NCBI GenBank assembly: GCA_965223795.1
Contig: CBDCXL010000002.1
Location: 2,208,001-2,272,000 of the forward strand
Direction of reading: 5' to 3'
Length of the DNA stretch: 64,000 nucleotides
From: Nitrospinales bacterium
GTDB lineage: Bacteria; Nitrospinota; Nitrospinia; Nitrospinales; VA-1
Part shown: positions 1-9,395 of the stretch, piece by piece
Numbering within the stretch: position 1 is the stretch's first letter
How the letters are laid out: each line of letters starts with the position of its first letter
Position numbers and translations under genes: made by a program
The notes under the pieces: model-generated
What the model was told of the DNA's origin: nothing
Seen by the model: the letters and a program-made list of their open reading frames with translations, nothing else
Databases searched by the model: none

Positions 1-132
1 AAACGCCAGCTTCGAGCCGCGCGGCGAGGTTTTCTGCTCGGTGAGCTTGAGCCCCAGCACCTGTGTGTAAAAGTGCAGGGATTTTTCCATGTCGGCGACG
101 CGGAAACGGGTGTGCAAATATTTTCGAATCAT
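1..132 (-). CDS. VOC/glyoxalase family protein (lactoylglutathione lyase-like), 5' part, runs off window start
   Basis: Manual translation from ATG at 132: MIRKYLHTRFRVADMEKSLHFYTQVLGLKLTEQKTSPRGSKLAF, typical glyoxalase I N-terminus; not in the ORF track. Confidence 0.8.
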   Translation of the reverse strand, partial: MIRKYLHTRFRVADMEKSLHFYTQVLGLKLTEQKTSPRGSKLAF

Positions 133-320
133 CGTTCTATGACACTGTGCGGCCGCAGGGGCGTTGGGTTTTGCCAGCCCGGTTGCAACGGCCTCAGATG
201 TTTTCGGATCATCGTTCTATGAGGATATGCGCTGACTTGAGCGTTGCGTTTCGCAATCCGGATTGCAACGACCGCAATTCTGTTCGTATCCTGTTTTCCT
301 GACTCTGTGCCGCCATGGGC
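121..320. repeat. Degenerate 80-bp tandem repeat, about 2.5 copies
   Basis: 121-200 vs 201-280 match at 57/80 positions by manual count (TTTTCGRATCATCGTTCTATGA, GCGTTGSGTT, TTGCAACG); weaker third partial copy from 281. Confidence 0.75.
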
Positions 321-329
321 CGGTGCCCA

Positions 330-1712
330 TCACAAGCCGGGATCGAATTTCACATCGGGCGCGAATTGCTTTAGGGGTTTCTGCACCAGCGCAACGATCT
401 CTTTCAGCCGCTCCTGGGTGTTGGCTTCGAAGCGCAGCACCAGCACGGGCTGGGTGTTGGACGCGCGGATCAGCGCCCAGCCGTCGTCCAGGTTGATGCG
501 CACGCCGTCGATGTCCACCACGTCGTATTTTTCGCGGAAGTGCTCGGTCATCTGCTTGACGATCTTGAATTTCTTATCGTCCGGGCAGTCGGTGCGGATC
601 TCCGGCGTGTAGGCGGTCACGGGCACGTCGGCCAGCATCTGCGACAGTTTTTGCTTGGAGGTGGCCACGATCTCGAGGATGCGGCAGGCGGCGTAGATGG
701 CGTCGTCGAAACCGTAATAGTTGTCGGCGAAACAGACGTGGCCGCTCATCTCGCCGGCGAGCAGGGCGCCGGTCTCTTTCATGCGCTTTTTGATGAGCGA
801 GTGGCCAGCGGCGGACATGACCGGCGTACCGCCTTTCTGTCTGATGTCGTTGAACAGGTTCTGCGAGCACTTCACTTCGCCGACGACGGTGGCGCCGGGA
901 TGTTTGGCGAGCAGGTCGCGCGCCAGCAGGATGAGCAGGTGGTCGCCCCAGATGATGCCGCCCTGCTCGTCCACCAGACCGATGCGGTCGGCGTCGCCGT
1001 CGAAGCCGATGCCCAGTTCCGCTTTCTCTTCTTTCACGCGCGCGATCAGGTCCTGCAGATTTTTTTCGACGGTGGGGTCGGGATGGTGGTTGGGGAAGCT
1101 GCCGTCGGGCTCGCAGTACAACTCGACCACGTCCATGCCCAGCCGCTTGAGCAGCTGCGGGCCGACGATGCCGAAGCAGCCGTTGCCGCCGTCGGCCACG
1201 ACTTTCACCTTGCGGGGGATTTGAATCACGCTCGCGATTTTGTCCATGTAAGCCTGCTTCACTTCTTTTTCATCCTGGGAACCGCTGCCGGTCTCAAAAT
1301 CGCCTTTTTCGATGAGGCCGCGCAGCTCCTGAATCTTTTCGCCGTACAGACTGTTCTTGCCGTGGCTGATCTTGAAGCCGTTGAACTCGGACGGATTGTG
1401 GGAGCCGGTGATCATCACGCCGCCGTCGGGTTCCAGGTGGTGCAGGGCGAAGTAGGCGACCGGCGTGGGCACCATGCCGATGTCGGTGACGTCGAGGCCG
1501 GTCGAAAGCAGTCCCTTGGTGACCGCGTCGCGGAAGTCCACCGAGCTTGCGCGCATGTCGCGGCCGACGGTGAAGGTTTTGCCGCCCTGCCTGCGGATGT
1601 AGGTGCCGATGGCTTTGCCGATCACCTCGACGGTGTCGGCGTTGAGGTCGCGGCCCACGATGCCGCGGATGTCGTACTCGCGAAAGATATCCGGATTGAT
1701 GGTCTTGATCAT
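330..1712 (-). CDS. Phosphomannomutase/phosphoglucomutase
   Basis: FREYDIRG, ITGSHNP phosphoserine loop, FDGDADR metal loop, GEMSGH, RASNTQP. Confidence 0.95.
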   Translation of the reverse strand: MIKTINPDIFREYDIRGIVGRDLNADTVEVIGKAIGTYIRRQGGKTFTVGRDMRASSVDFRDAVTKGLLSTGLDVTDIGMVPTPVAYFALHHLEPDGGVMITGSHNPSEFNGFKISHGKNSLYGEKIQELRGLIEKGDFETGSGSQDEKEVKQAYMDKIASVIQIPRKVKVVADGGNGCFGIVGPQLLKRLGMDVVELYCEPDGSFPNHHPDPTVEKNLQDLIARVKEEKAELGIGFDGDADRIGLVDEQGGIIWGDHLLILLARDLLAKHPGATVVGEVKCSQNLFNDIRQKGGTPVMSAAGHSLIKKRMKETGALLAGEMSGHVCFADNYYGFDDAIYAACRILEIVATSKQKLSQMLADVPVTAYTPEIRTDCPDDKKFKIVKQMTEHFREKYDVVDIDGVRINLDDGWALIRASNTQPVLVLRFEANTQERLKEIVALVQKPLKQFAPDVKFDPGL

Positions 1713-1994
1713 GGTTCCTCTGAATGTGAGCGGATGGGACGTTTTTCACACAAGGATAAGCGAATCCCCGGTGGAGTGCAACGCGGGTTTTTGCTCCGGG
1801 GCCGCGCCGGGATGCGTGTGACGGAGCGGCCGGAAGCCTGATATTCCGCGCCGGGGGCGCGCGCCGCCAGTCTGGAAGCGGGAAAGCGCTAGGGGGGGAT
1901 GAATTTGTATGGTACCATTTAAAGATAGCGTTTTCATCTTCGTGGCTGCTTTCCGTTTGAATTCTGTTAGCGTTTCCCGTTTCCGGAGCTTCCC

Positions 1995-3524
1995 GTGAAA
2001 ATCTGTCTGGTCGAGCCGTCCAAATTCGTCTCGCTCACCAATTTCGTGTCCACCATCAGCATGCCGCCCATCGGCCTGGCGTACATCGCCGCGGCGCTGC
2101 GCGAGGCGGGGCACGAGGTGTGCGTGGTGGACGGGCCGGGTTCGGCGCCGAGGCATTTTTTCAAATTCAAGGACGTGCGCATCCGCGGCCTCACCGATGA
2201 AGACATCGTCGCGCGCATTCCCAAAGACACGGAGATCATCGGCCTGGGCTGCATGTTCACCTCGCACTGGGTGTACGTGCGCGGACTGGTCGAACGCATC
2301 CGCGCCGCGTTTCCCGACGCGCGGCTGATGATGGGCGGCGAGCACGTCACCGGATTTCCGGAGTTTTCTCTGGACGGCGCGCCGCTGGACGCGGTGGTGC
2401 TGGGCGAAGGCGAGGAAACGGCGGTGGAACTGGTGGATCACTGGCGGCGCGGCGCGCCGCTGGATGCGCTCGCGGGCATCGCCTACCGCGACGCGGACGG
2501 CGCGGTGCGGGTGAACCCCAGGCGGCGGCGCATGCGCGACATCGACGCGATCGCCTGGCCGGCGTGGGACCTGTTCGACATCGAGGGCTACAACCAGGTG
2601 AACCAGCCGCACGGGGCGTCGCAGGGAAACTTCATGCCCATGCTGGCGACACGCGGATGCCCGTTCTCCTGCACGTTCTGCACGAGCCCGAATATGTGGA
2701 CGACGGAGTGGATTCCGCGCAATCACAAGCTGGTTGTGGATGAGATGCAAACCTACATGCGCCGGTACGGCACGACGGATTTTCAGTTCGAGGACCTCAC
2801 CGCCATCGTGCGCAAACAATGGATCAGCGATTTCTGCGATGAGATCGTGGCGCGGGGATTGAAGATCACGTTTCAGCTGCCTTCGGGCACGCGCAGCGAG
2901 GGCATCGATTTTGAGGTGGCGAAAAAGCTGAAAGCGGCGGGCTGCCACGAATTCGCGTTCGCGCCGGAATCGGGCGACCCCAGGGTGCTCAAGGCGATCA
3001 AGAAAAAAGTGCACCTGCCGACGATGTTCGAATCGGCGCAGGCGGCGCTCAAGGCGGGCATCAACGTGGGCTGCTTTTTCATCATCGGCTTTCCCGAGGA
3101 CGACACCAAAAGCGTGCTGCGCACCTACGGCGCCATCGTCAAGTGCGGCTGGCTGGGCCTGACCAACGTCAACCTGAACGCCTATTCGCCGCAGCCCAAC
3201 ACGGAGTCCTTCAATCAGCTGCGCAAGGACGGGGTCATCACCGAATTGTCGGACGAATACCTGATGAGCCTGTTCACGTTTCAGGATTTCGGCGCCAAGA
3301 AAACGTCCTACAACCCCCGGTTCGGCGACTGGCAGCTCTCGTTTCTGGTGACGTTCGGGGTGTTTCTGTTCTACTCGGTGTACTTCGTGCGCAAACCGAA
3401 ACGCATCGTGCAATTGTTCACCGATCTCTTCACCGCCTCATCCAGCAACAAGAGCACCAAGATGGCGAAATCCTTCCTGAAAGACGCGTTCACGGTGATG
3501 AAAAACAAATGGAGCCGCGCCTGA
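1995..3524 (+). CDS. Cobalamin-binding radical SAM protein
   Basis: N-terminal B12-binding-like segment (PPIGLAYIAA...GGEHVT...GEGE), TRGCPFSCTFC CxxxCxxC motif, hydrophobic C-terminal stretch. Confidence 0.9.
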   Translation: MKICLVEPSKFVSLTNFVSTISMPPIGLAYIAAALREAGHEVCVVDGPGSAPRHFFKFKDVRIRGLTDEDIVARIPKDTEIIGLGCMFTSHWVYVRGLVERIRAAFPDARLMMGGEHVTGFPEFSLDGAPLDAVVLGEGEETAVELVDHWRRGAPLDALAGIAYRDADGAVRVNPRRRRMRDIDAIAWPAWDLFDIEGYNQVNQPHGASQGNFMPMLATRGCPFSCTFCTSPNMWTTEWIPRNHKLVVDEMQTYMRRYGTTDFQFEDLTAIVRKQWISDFCDEIVARGLKITFQLPSGTRSEGIDFEVAKKLKAAGCHEFAFAPESGDPRVLKAIKKKVHLPTMFESAQAALKAGINVGCFFIIGFPEDDTKSVLRTYGAIVKCGWLGLTNVNLNAYSPQPNTESFNQLRKDGVITELSDEYLMSLFTFQDFGAKKTSYNPRFGDWQLSFLVTFGVFLFYSVYFVRKPKRIVQLFTDLFTASSSNKSTKMAKSFLKDAFTVMKNKWSRA

Positions 3525-3527
3525 AGC

Positions 3528-3845
3528 TCAGCCGCTCCAGTTGCCGAGGTACAACGCGGCGAGCAGCATCACCATGCCCAGCCAGACATTGCGGGCGAGT
3601 CCCTGAACGTACTTGAAGTCTTCGAACTCTTCCCGCGTCTTGTTTTCCCGGTCGAACAGAATGTAGTCGATGACGAACGCCACGGGCGGCAGCACGGTCC
3701 AGGCGCCGAGAATGGTCTGGTGCGGACAATCGGTGATGTGCGAACGCACTGTGTACAGGATGCCCAGCACCATGAGGGTGGGCAGAAACGCTTTGCTGAT
3801 TTTGGCGCGGGTTCCCGGCTTTGCCGCGGCGATCTGTGTGCTCAT
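3528..3845 (-). CDS. Small membrane protein, hypothetical
   Basis: 105 aa ORF with three hydrophobic segments, converges with the radical SAM gene. Confidence 0.65.
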   Translation of the reverse strand: MSTQIAAAKPGTRAKISKAFLPTLMVLGILYTVRSHITDCPHQTILGAWTVLPPVAFVIDYILFDRENKTREEFEDFKYVQGLARNVWLGMVMLLAALYLGNWSG

Positions 3846-4087
3846 GTCGATGCTCTCCCAATCATCATGGAGTCGGTTGCGATACTCGAGGCGGCCGCAT
3901 TCGCAGAGGCGGCGGCCTTATAAACCATCCTAGCGCGTCGCCCGCGCAAATTCCAGAGGGATCGGCCGGTGTGACTTTTGCGATGGGAATCGCCGGGGCC
4001 AGACCGTATAATTGCCTCGTCGCCTCTCGCCGAGGCCACGATGCGGCTTGCCTATCATATTGATTTTAAGATGGATCGGGTGAACGG

Positions 4088-5632
4088 ATGGACGGGATAC
4101 CGATGAACAGCGCCGCGCGCCGCAGCCGGCAGCTTGCGGATTCCTTGCAAAAGCAGGAAGCGCTGCGCGCCGCCTACTGGAAGCGCAAGGACCGGTTCCT
4201 GCCGCAGCGGCTGGAATGGCGGGCGCGCATGGTGCGGCACCTGTTTCACCTGCTGCCGGGCGAGAGCATCCTGGAGGTGGGCTGCGGCTCGCTGGAGTGG
4301 ACGCAGGAAATCTCCCGTTCCAACGGCGGCCGCAATCCCATCTGCGCGGCCACGTTCAACGGCGCGGGCGGCGCGTCGTCAACGGTTCCTCATATCGAGA
4401 CGGTGCACCTCGATGCGTTTCCCGGAGAGCTGGCCGGGCGGCGGTTCGATTTCATCGTCGGCTGGAACCTGCTCACGCAGGAAAACTGCGCGCCGTTTCT
4501 CAAGGAAGCCAAGCAGCTTCTAAATCCCGGCGGGCAGATCCTGCTGTTCGACTGGAATCCCTGGAATCCCTATTACGTGCTGCGGCGCGGCCTTGCGCGG
4601 CTGTTTCCCTTTCTGAGAAAGGACGACCGGGCGGGCCGCCCGATCAACCGCATCGACCTGTTCACGATCCTCTCGGAAGTGGGCTATGTGGGGATCAAGA
4701 TCCTGCCTTACGATTTCGTGTTTCCCCTCATTCCCCGGTTCCTGTTGTGGCCGATGCAGAACCTCAGCCTCATCTTCGAGAATTTTCCCTACTTCCGCAA
4801 TTTCGCCGGGTCGCTGTACCTGAACGCGCAGAAGCCGCCGCACGAAGGCTGGATGCGGTCGCGCACCGACCTGACCGTGCACGACGGCTTCAAAAACCGG
4901 GTCTCGGTGGTGGTGCCCTGCCACAACGAAGAGGACAACGTTTCCGCCCTGGTGGAAAATCTCAAAGCCTGCTACGGGGAATACCTCAGGGAAGTGATTC
5001 TGGTCGACGACAACAGCACCGACGACACCGCAAAGGTGGTGGAAGCGCTCGGAAGGGAGGACGCGCGCATCCGCCTGGTGAAGCGCAGCCAGCCCAACGG
5101 GGTGGGGCGGGCGCTGCGGGACGGATTCGAAGCGGTGCGCGGCGACTACGTGCTGATGATGGACTGCGATTTCCAGCACATCCTGCCGGAGCTCACCGGC
5201 CTGTTCGACGCGGTGGCGGCGGGGGCGGACGTGGCCATCGGCAGCCGGTTTTCGCGCAAGAGCGTGCTGCTCAATTACGCGTTCACCAAGATCCTCGCCA
5301 ACCGCGGCTTTCACATTCTGGCGAACCTGGCGCTGGGCCGGCATTTCCGCGACGCGACCAACAACCTCAAGCTGATGCGTAAGGAAGTGCTGGACAAGAT
5401 CCGCATCGAATCGGACGATTTCGCGGCCAACGCGGAAACGGGCCTGCAGCCCATCATCCTGGGATACAAGGTGTGCGAGGTGCCGATCTCCTGGATCAAC
5501 CGGTCGGTGGACATGGGGTTTTCCAGCTTCAGCCTGCTTAAGACCGGGCCCAACTACCTGCGCGTGCTGTTTCGCCTGATCTGGCGCAAATGGTTCAGGA
5601 AGGAAATCGTGCCCCAGCCCGCGGGAAAGTGA
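4088..5632 (+). CDS. Fusion of class I SAM methyltransferase-like domain and GT2 (polyprenol-phosphate sugar synthase-like) domain
   Basis: ILEVGCGS motif I and LLNPGG in N-half; SVVVPCHNEE, VDDNSTDDT, MDCDFQH, GSRF in C-half. Confidence 0.85.
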   Translation: MDGIPMNSAARRSRQLADSLQKQEALRAAYWKRKDRFLPQRLEWRARMVRHLFHLLPGESILEVGCGSLEWTQEISRSNGGRNPICAATFNGAGGASSTVPHIETVHLDAFPGELAGRRFDFIVGWNLLTQENCAPFLKEAKQLLNPGGQILLFDWNPWNPYYVLRRGLARLFPFLRKDDRAGRPINRIDLFTILSEVGYVGIKILPYDFVFPLIPRFLLWPMQNLSLIFENFPYFRNFAGSLYLNAQKPPHEGWMRSRTDLTVHDGFKNRVSVVVPCHNEEDNVSALVENLKACYGEYLREVILVDDNSTDDTAKVVEALGREDARIRLVKRSQPNGVGRALRDGFEAVRGDYVLMMDCDFQHILPELTGLFDAVAAGADVAIGSRFSRKSVLLNYAFTKILANRGFHILANLALGRHFRDATNNLKLMRKEVLDKIRIESDDFAANAETGLQPIILGYKVCEVPISWINRSVDMGFSSFSLLKTGPNYLRVLFRLIWRKWFRKEIVPQPAGK

Positions 5633-5662
5633 TAGCGTGGGCCGCCGTGCAGTGGACGCGAT

Positions 5663-6943
5663 TCACGAGCCGGACGCATCGCCGGATTGCCGCTGCGTCA
5701 GGGTGCTGGTGATGTCCAGGCGGCGGCCGTCGCGCAGAACGGTGAGCTGGATTTTTTTCCCCGGCGTGAGCCCGAGCAGTTTGCGGCGGAAGACGACGAA
5801 ATTCGTGATCGACTGACGGTTGAGCTTCAACAGGATGTCACCCGCTTTCAGTCCGGATTGTTCCGCCGGGCTGCCCGCCTCCACTTCGCGTATCCTGAGC
5901 GCCGCGCCGCCCGCGGTGTTCTGCTCCGCCGCTTCCTCTTCGGTGAGCGCCGTCGCCTTGATCCCCAGCCAGCCCCGCTCGGGCTGGCCCAGCACCAGCA
6001 TGGGCATCACTTCCTTCACGGTGTTGACCGGAACCGCGAAGCCGATCAGCTGCGCTTCGGAAACGATGGCGGTGTTGATGCCCACCACCTCGCCGTGGAA
6101 GTTGAGCAGCGGGCCGCCGCTGCTGCCGGGGTTGATGGCGGAATCGGTCTGGATGAAGTCGGCGTATTTGTCGTTGGAGAGCGGCGACACGCGCTCCTTG
6201 GCGCTGATGAGGCCCGAAGTCACGGTGTGCGTGAGGCCCAGCGGATTGCCGATGGCGAGCACCATCTCGCCCATCCTGAGGCGGTCGGAATCGCCCAGCG
6301 GCAGCACGGTGAGCGGGTGGTCGGGCTCGATCTTGATGAGCGCCGAATCGGTGAGCCGGTCGATGCCGATGATGGTGGCGGGGTATTGCCTTTGACTTTC
6401 CGCCAGCACGATGCGGATGTCGAGCGCGTTCAGGATGACGTGCGCGTTGGTGAGGATGTAGCCTTCCTGGTTGATGATAAATCCCGAACCGAGACTCAGG
6501 CCTTCGGTGTTGAACGGGATCGGCACCTGAAAGGGCACGACCTCGAACAGGGTGGACAGGAAGGGGATCTTGATGGGCAACAGATCGTTCGGCGCGATGC
6601 CGAACTTGACGTCCCGCTCTTCCAGGCGCAGGGTGTAGATGTTGACGACACCGGCTTTGACCCGATCGGTGAGGCGGGCAAACGATTCGCTGTGCAGCGG
6701 GACCGGTTTTCTCGCGCCGTGAATGTTCGTTTTCTCGACCCAGAAATTGGTGAGATTGAGCTGATCGAAGGTGATTTCCTGAAACCGCTTGTCGAAAATG
6801 GGCGCTTCTTTTTCGACCAGCGATTCGGTGGTTTCCTTGGGATGCTTGGAAACCGTACAGGCGCAAACAATCAGAATGAACAGAAAAACCGGAAATCGCG
6901 GTGCCGGCGTGGATGAAAGGCGGGAGCAGGGGTTTGGGGGCAT
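5663..6943 (-). CDS. HtrA/DegP-family serine protease with one PDZ domain
   Basis: GSGFII, TNAHV, TDSALIKI, IQTDSAINPGSSGGPL; PDZ (GSPAEQSGLKAGD); possible lipoprotein signal. Confidence 0.92.
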   Translation of the reverse strand: MPPNPCSRLSSTPAPRFPVFLFILIVCACTVSKHPKETTESLVEKEAPIFDKRFQEITFDQLNLTNFWVEKTNIHGARKPVPLHSESFARLTDRVKAGVVNIYTLRLEERDVKFGIAPNDLLPIKIPFLSTLFEVVPFQVPIPFNTEGLSLGSGFIINQEGYILTNAHVILNALDIRIVLAESQRQYPATIIGIDRLTDSALIKIEPDHPLTVLPLGDSDRLRMGEMVLAIGNPLGLTHTVTSGLISAKERVSPLSNDKYADFIQTDSAINPGSSGGPLLNFHGEVVGINTAIVSEAQLIGFAVPVNTVKEVMPMLVLGQPERGWLGIKATALTEEEAAEQNTAGGAALRIREVEAGSPAEQSGLKAGDILLKLNRQSITNFVVFRRKLLGLTPGKKIQLTVLRDGRRLDITSTLTQRQSGDASGS

Positions 6944-7105
6944 CGGCGTTTCCTTTACAATCGGGAGTCCGGCCTTGATGGCTGGGACGTTCCCGAAAAG
7001 GATTTTAAGTGGACCTCCAATGATTCGATATTTCTTAGACAGGCAACGGGCGGCGCTTTATTTCATGTGGGGCGCTGGTGGCCGAACGCGTTTTTAGAGA
7101 AGTTC

Positions 7106-7903
7106 TCAATGCACGATCTTGTTCATGCCGCCGTCGATGGTGAAGTTGGCGGCGGTGATCCAGCTTGCGTGGTCGGAGGCGAGAAACAGCACCAGTCCGG
7201 CGACGTCCTGCGGCACGCCCATGCGTTTTAAAAGCACCAATTGGGAGGTCTGCTGCTGGATCTCTCTCGTGACGTCGGCCACCGGTTTGCCGGACTGGCC
7301 GGCGATGCCCTCCGCCTCCTTTTCCCAGGAACGCGTCCACACCGGACCGGGTGACACCGCGTTGACGCAGATGTTATCCGGGGCCAGCGACTGCGCCAGC
7401 GAGACGGTGAAATTGGCGAGCGCGGCCTTCATGGCGCTGTAATGGGGAAACACCTCTCCCGGCCGGGACGCGGCGTTGGAGCTGATGTTGACGATCCGCG
7501 CCGCGGACGATTTTTTCAGCGCCGGTACGCACAGACGCGTGAGCCGCACCGCCTGCAGCAGATTGATGTCGAACGAATTCTGCCAGTCGGCGTCGGTGGC
7601 GTCGAAAAACGTGGCGAGGTTCAGGATCGATCCCGCGTTGTTCACCAGAACGTCCAGACCCCCCAGGGTCTCCAGCACCTTATCGTGCAGGGACTGGATT
7701 TCCTCAAGCCGGGTCAGATCGGCGCGGTGAAAACAATGCCCCTTGCCCGCGATCTCCGCCGCCAGCGAATCGAGCCGGTCCTGGCTGCGGGCGCAGCCCG
7801 CGACGCGCGCGCCGGCATCCGCGAAGGCGAGGGCGAGGGTGCGGCCGATGCCGTCGCCCGCGCCTGTGATCAGGACCCGGCGGTCATTCAGATTCCAATC
7901 CAT
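7106..7903 (-). CDS. Short-chain dehydrogenase/reductase (SDR)
   Basis: ITGAGDGIG, LVNNAG, YSAMK (YxxxK), VSPGPV. Confidence 0.93.
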   Translation of the reverse strand: MDWNLNDRRVLITGAGDGIGRTLALAFADAGARVAGCARSQDRLDSLAAEIAGKGHCFHRADLTRLEEIQSLHDKVLETLGGLDVLVNNAGSILNLATFFDATDADWQNSFDINLLQAVRLTRLCVPALKKSSAARIVNISSNAASRPGEVFPHYSAMKAALANFTVSLAQSLAPDNICVNAVSPGPVWTRSWEKEAEGIAGQSGKPVADVTREIQQQTSQLVLLKRMGVPQDVAGLVLFLASDHASWITAANFTIDGGMNKIVH

Positions 7904-7946
7904 GCTACAATCTCACTTTTTATTTCATCATTCCAGACGCCTGCGC

Positions 7947-8303
7947 ATGGATCCGGATCTGATCGATAAAGTCACAAGCTCTCCCTCGCTGTCCTGGGTG
8001 TTCGCCGCGATGGGCGTTCTCATCCCCAATGCGTTTCTGGGCGCTTACATGGCGTTTTTCAAGCGCACGCCGCCTCTCATCAAAACACACGCGGTGCTGT
8101 ATGGAGGCGTGGTCGCCGCGCTCATCGTCTTTCTGGTGCGCAACCACATCCACTACGGCAACACCGTGTGGGAGTACCTCATTTTCGCCTACTTTATCAC
8201 ACTCGTTCCGTTGAGCAAACGCTGGGACGTGCTGCTGCACGCCGTCGTCTGCATCGTCGGGCTGTTGCTGCTGCCGGTGCTGGTGCTGATCAAGATGTTC
8301 TGA
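7947..8303 (+). CDS. Hypothetical membrane protein (about 4 TM)
   Basis: ATG at 7947 (MDPDLIDK) within track ORF 7743..8303; four hydrophobic segments. Confidence 0.7.
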   Translation: MDPDLIDKVTSSPSLSWVFAAMGVLIPNAFLGAYMAFFKRTPPLIKTHAVLYGGVVAALIVFLVRNHIHYGNTVWEYLIFAYFITLVPLSKRWDVLLHAVVCIVGLLLLPVLVLIKMF

Positions 8304-8310
8304 CGATTCC

Positions 8311-8835
8311 TCACTGCACACGCTGGTAGTCGATCTGCACCACGTGGTTTTCCTTCCCCTTTTCGAATCCCGTCCAGCGCTGGGTGACGGTGTCCTTGTC
8401 TTTGAAAACGATGGTGGCGCCGTGCATGTGTTGATCGTGCGCCACGTCGATGGGCGCGTCCTTGGCCAGATCCAGCGTGATGCTGTCCGCGTCCATGCTT
8501 TTGAGCACCATCTTCGGCTGGTTGCCGATCATGCAGTAATGCGTCATCGACAGTTTCTTCGCGGCGTTGTCGTGATACACCGACACCATTTCCTGCGGCG
8601 AGCCGAGGGAAAACGTTTCCACGATGGCGCTGCCTCCCGAAGTGAGCCGGTATTCGGTTTTCATTTTCTGCGGGCCTTTGCCCATGTCCATCGTGCCTTC
8701 CCAAGTGCCCACCAGCTGTTTCATGCGTTCGAAGGCTTCGGAGCCCACATAGGGCTTGGGCATTTCCTCGGCGTACACGGACGCCGGACCGAAAAGCAGG
8801 ATGCCGAGCAGTGCGGTGATGACGATTCTTTTCAT
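8311..8835 (-). CDS. Secreted hypothetical protein, probably beta-strand rich
   Basis: Signal peptide MKRIVITALLGILLFGPASVYA, GAGG RBS, LVGTWEG and THYCMIGNQPKM motifs. Confidence 0.8.
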   Translation of the reverse strand: MKRIVITALLGILLFGPASVYAEEMPKPYVGSEAFERMKQLVGTWEGTMDMGKGPQKMKTEYRLTSGGSAIVETFSLGSPQEMVSVYHDNAAKKLSMTHYCMIGNQPKMVLKSMDADSITLDLAKDAPIDVAHDQHMHGATIVFKDKDTVTQRWTGFEKGKENHVVQIDYQRVQ

Positions 8836-9007
8836 CGCAGGATTCCTCCGGAAAATGCCGGGCCGAAACGGTGCGCGGGTTCGCGGCGGACACGGCGAAA
8901 CGGTTTTTGGATGTCCCTATTATATTCCTGGAAGATGAAAAAAACGAGAGAAGGGAGGGATGATTCTGTGCAGAACTGAACGGCTGGAAGCCTGAAATTC
9001 CGCGGGA

Positions 9008-9313
9008 TCAGTCCTTGAGGGCGGCCTTGACGGTGATGTCGCCGTACACTTTGGCGCGGCAGCCCAGTTTCTGGTTGGCACCGACCTTGTGCAGCCGTTC
9101 GATGAAGGTGTGGGGATCGACGTTTTCGAACGGCTCGACCTCGATGAGGCAGGTGCCGCAGGCGCCCATGCCCCTGCAATTCAGGTATTTGTGCATGCCC
9201 TTGTAGATTTCGATGTCCTTGTAGGCGGCGGCCTGACGCAGGTTGGCGCCGTAGCCTGCCTTGAAGGTGCTGGTTTCGCCGGTGTCCGCATTGATGACGG
9301 TGATTTTGGGCAT
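9008..9313 (-). CDS. 2Fe-2S ferredoxin
   Basis: CRGMGACGTC plus distal LGCRA cysteine. Confidence 0.9.
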   Translation of the reverse strand: MPKITVINADTGETSTFKAGYGANLRQAAAYKDIEIYKGMHKYLNCRGMGACGTCLIEVEPFENVDPHTFIERLHKVGANQKLGCRAKVYGDITVKAALKD

Positions 9314-9395
9314 GACTGGGGTTACTTTCGTCTTGTATTGGGATTATGGAAAAATAAGGGGTTCATTCTCCATGCCGGAGGGTAAAAGTCAATCC

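Noticed and set aside
121..320. CRISPR array
   Set aside because: Only about 2.5 degenerate units, the would-be spacers resemble each other, and no cas genes are present
1720..1994. Cobalamin riboswitch upstream of the B12 radical SAM gene
   Set aside because: Could not find the conserved B12-box elements in order; an Infernal search would settle it
6110..6140. Inactive HtrA because of GSSGG instead of GNSGG
   Set aside because: Catalytic His, Asp and Ser all appear present; minor variant
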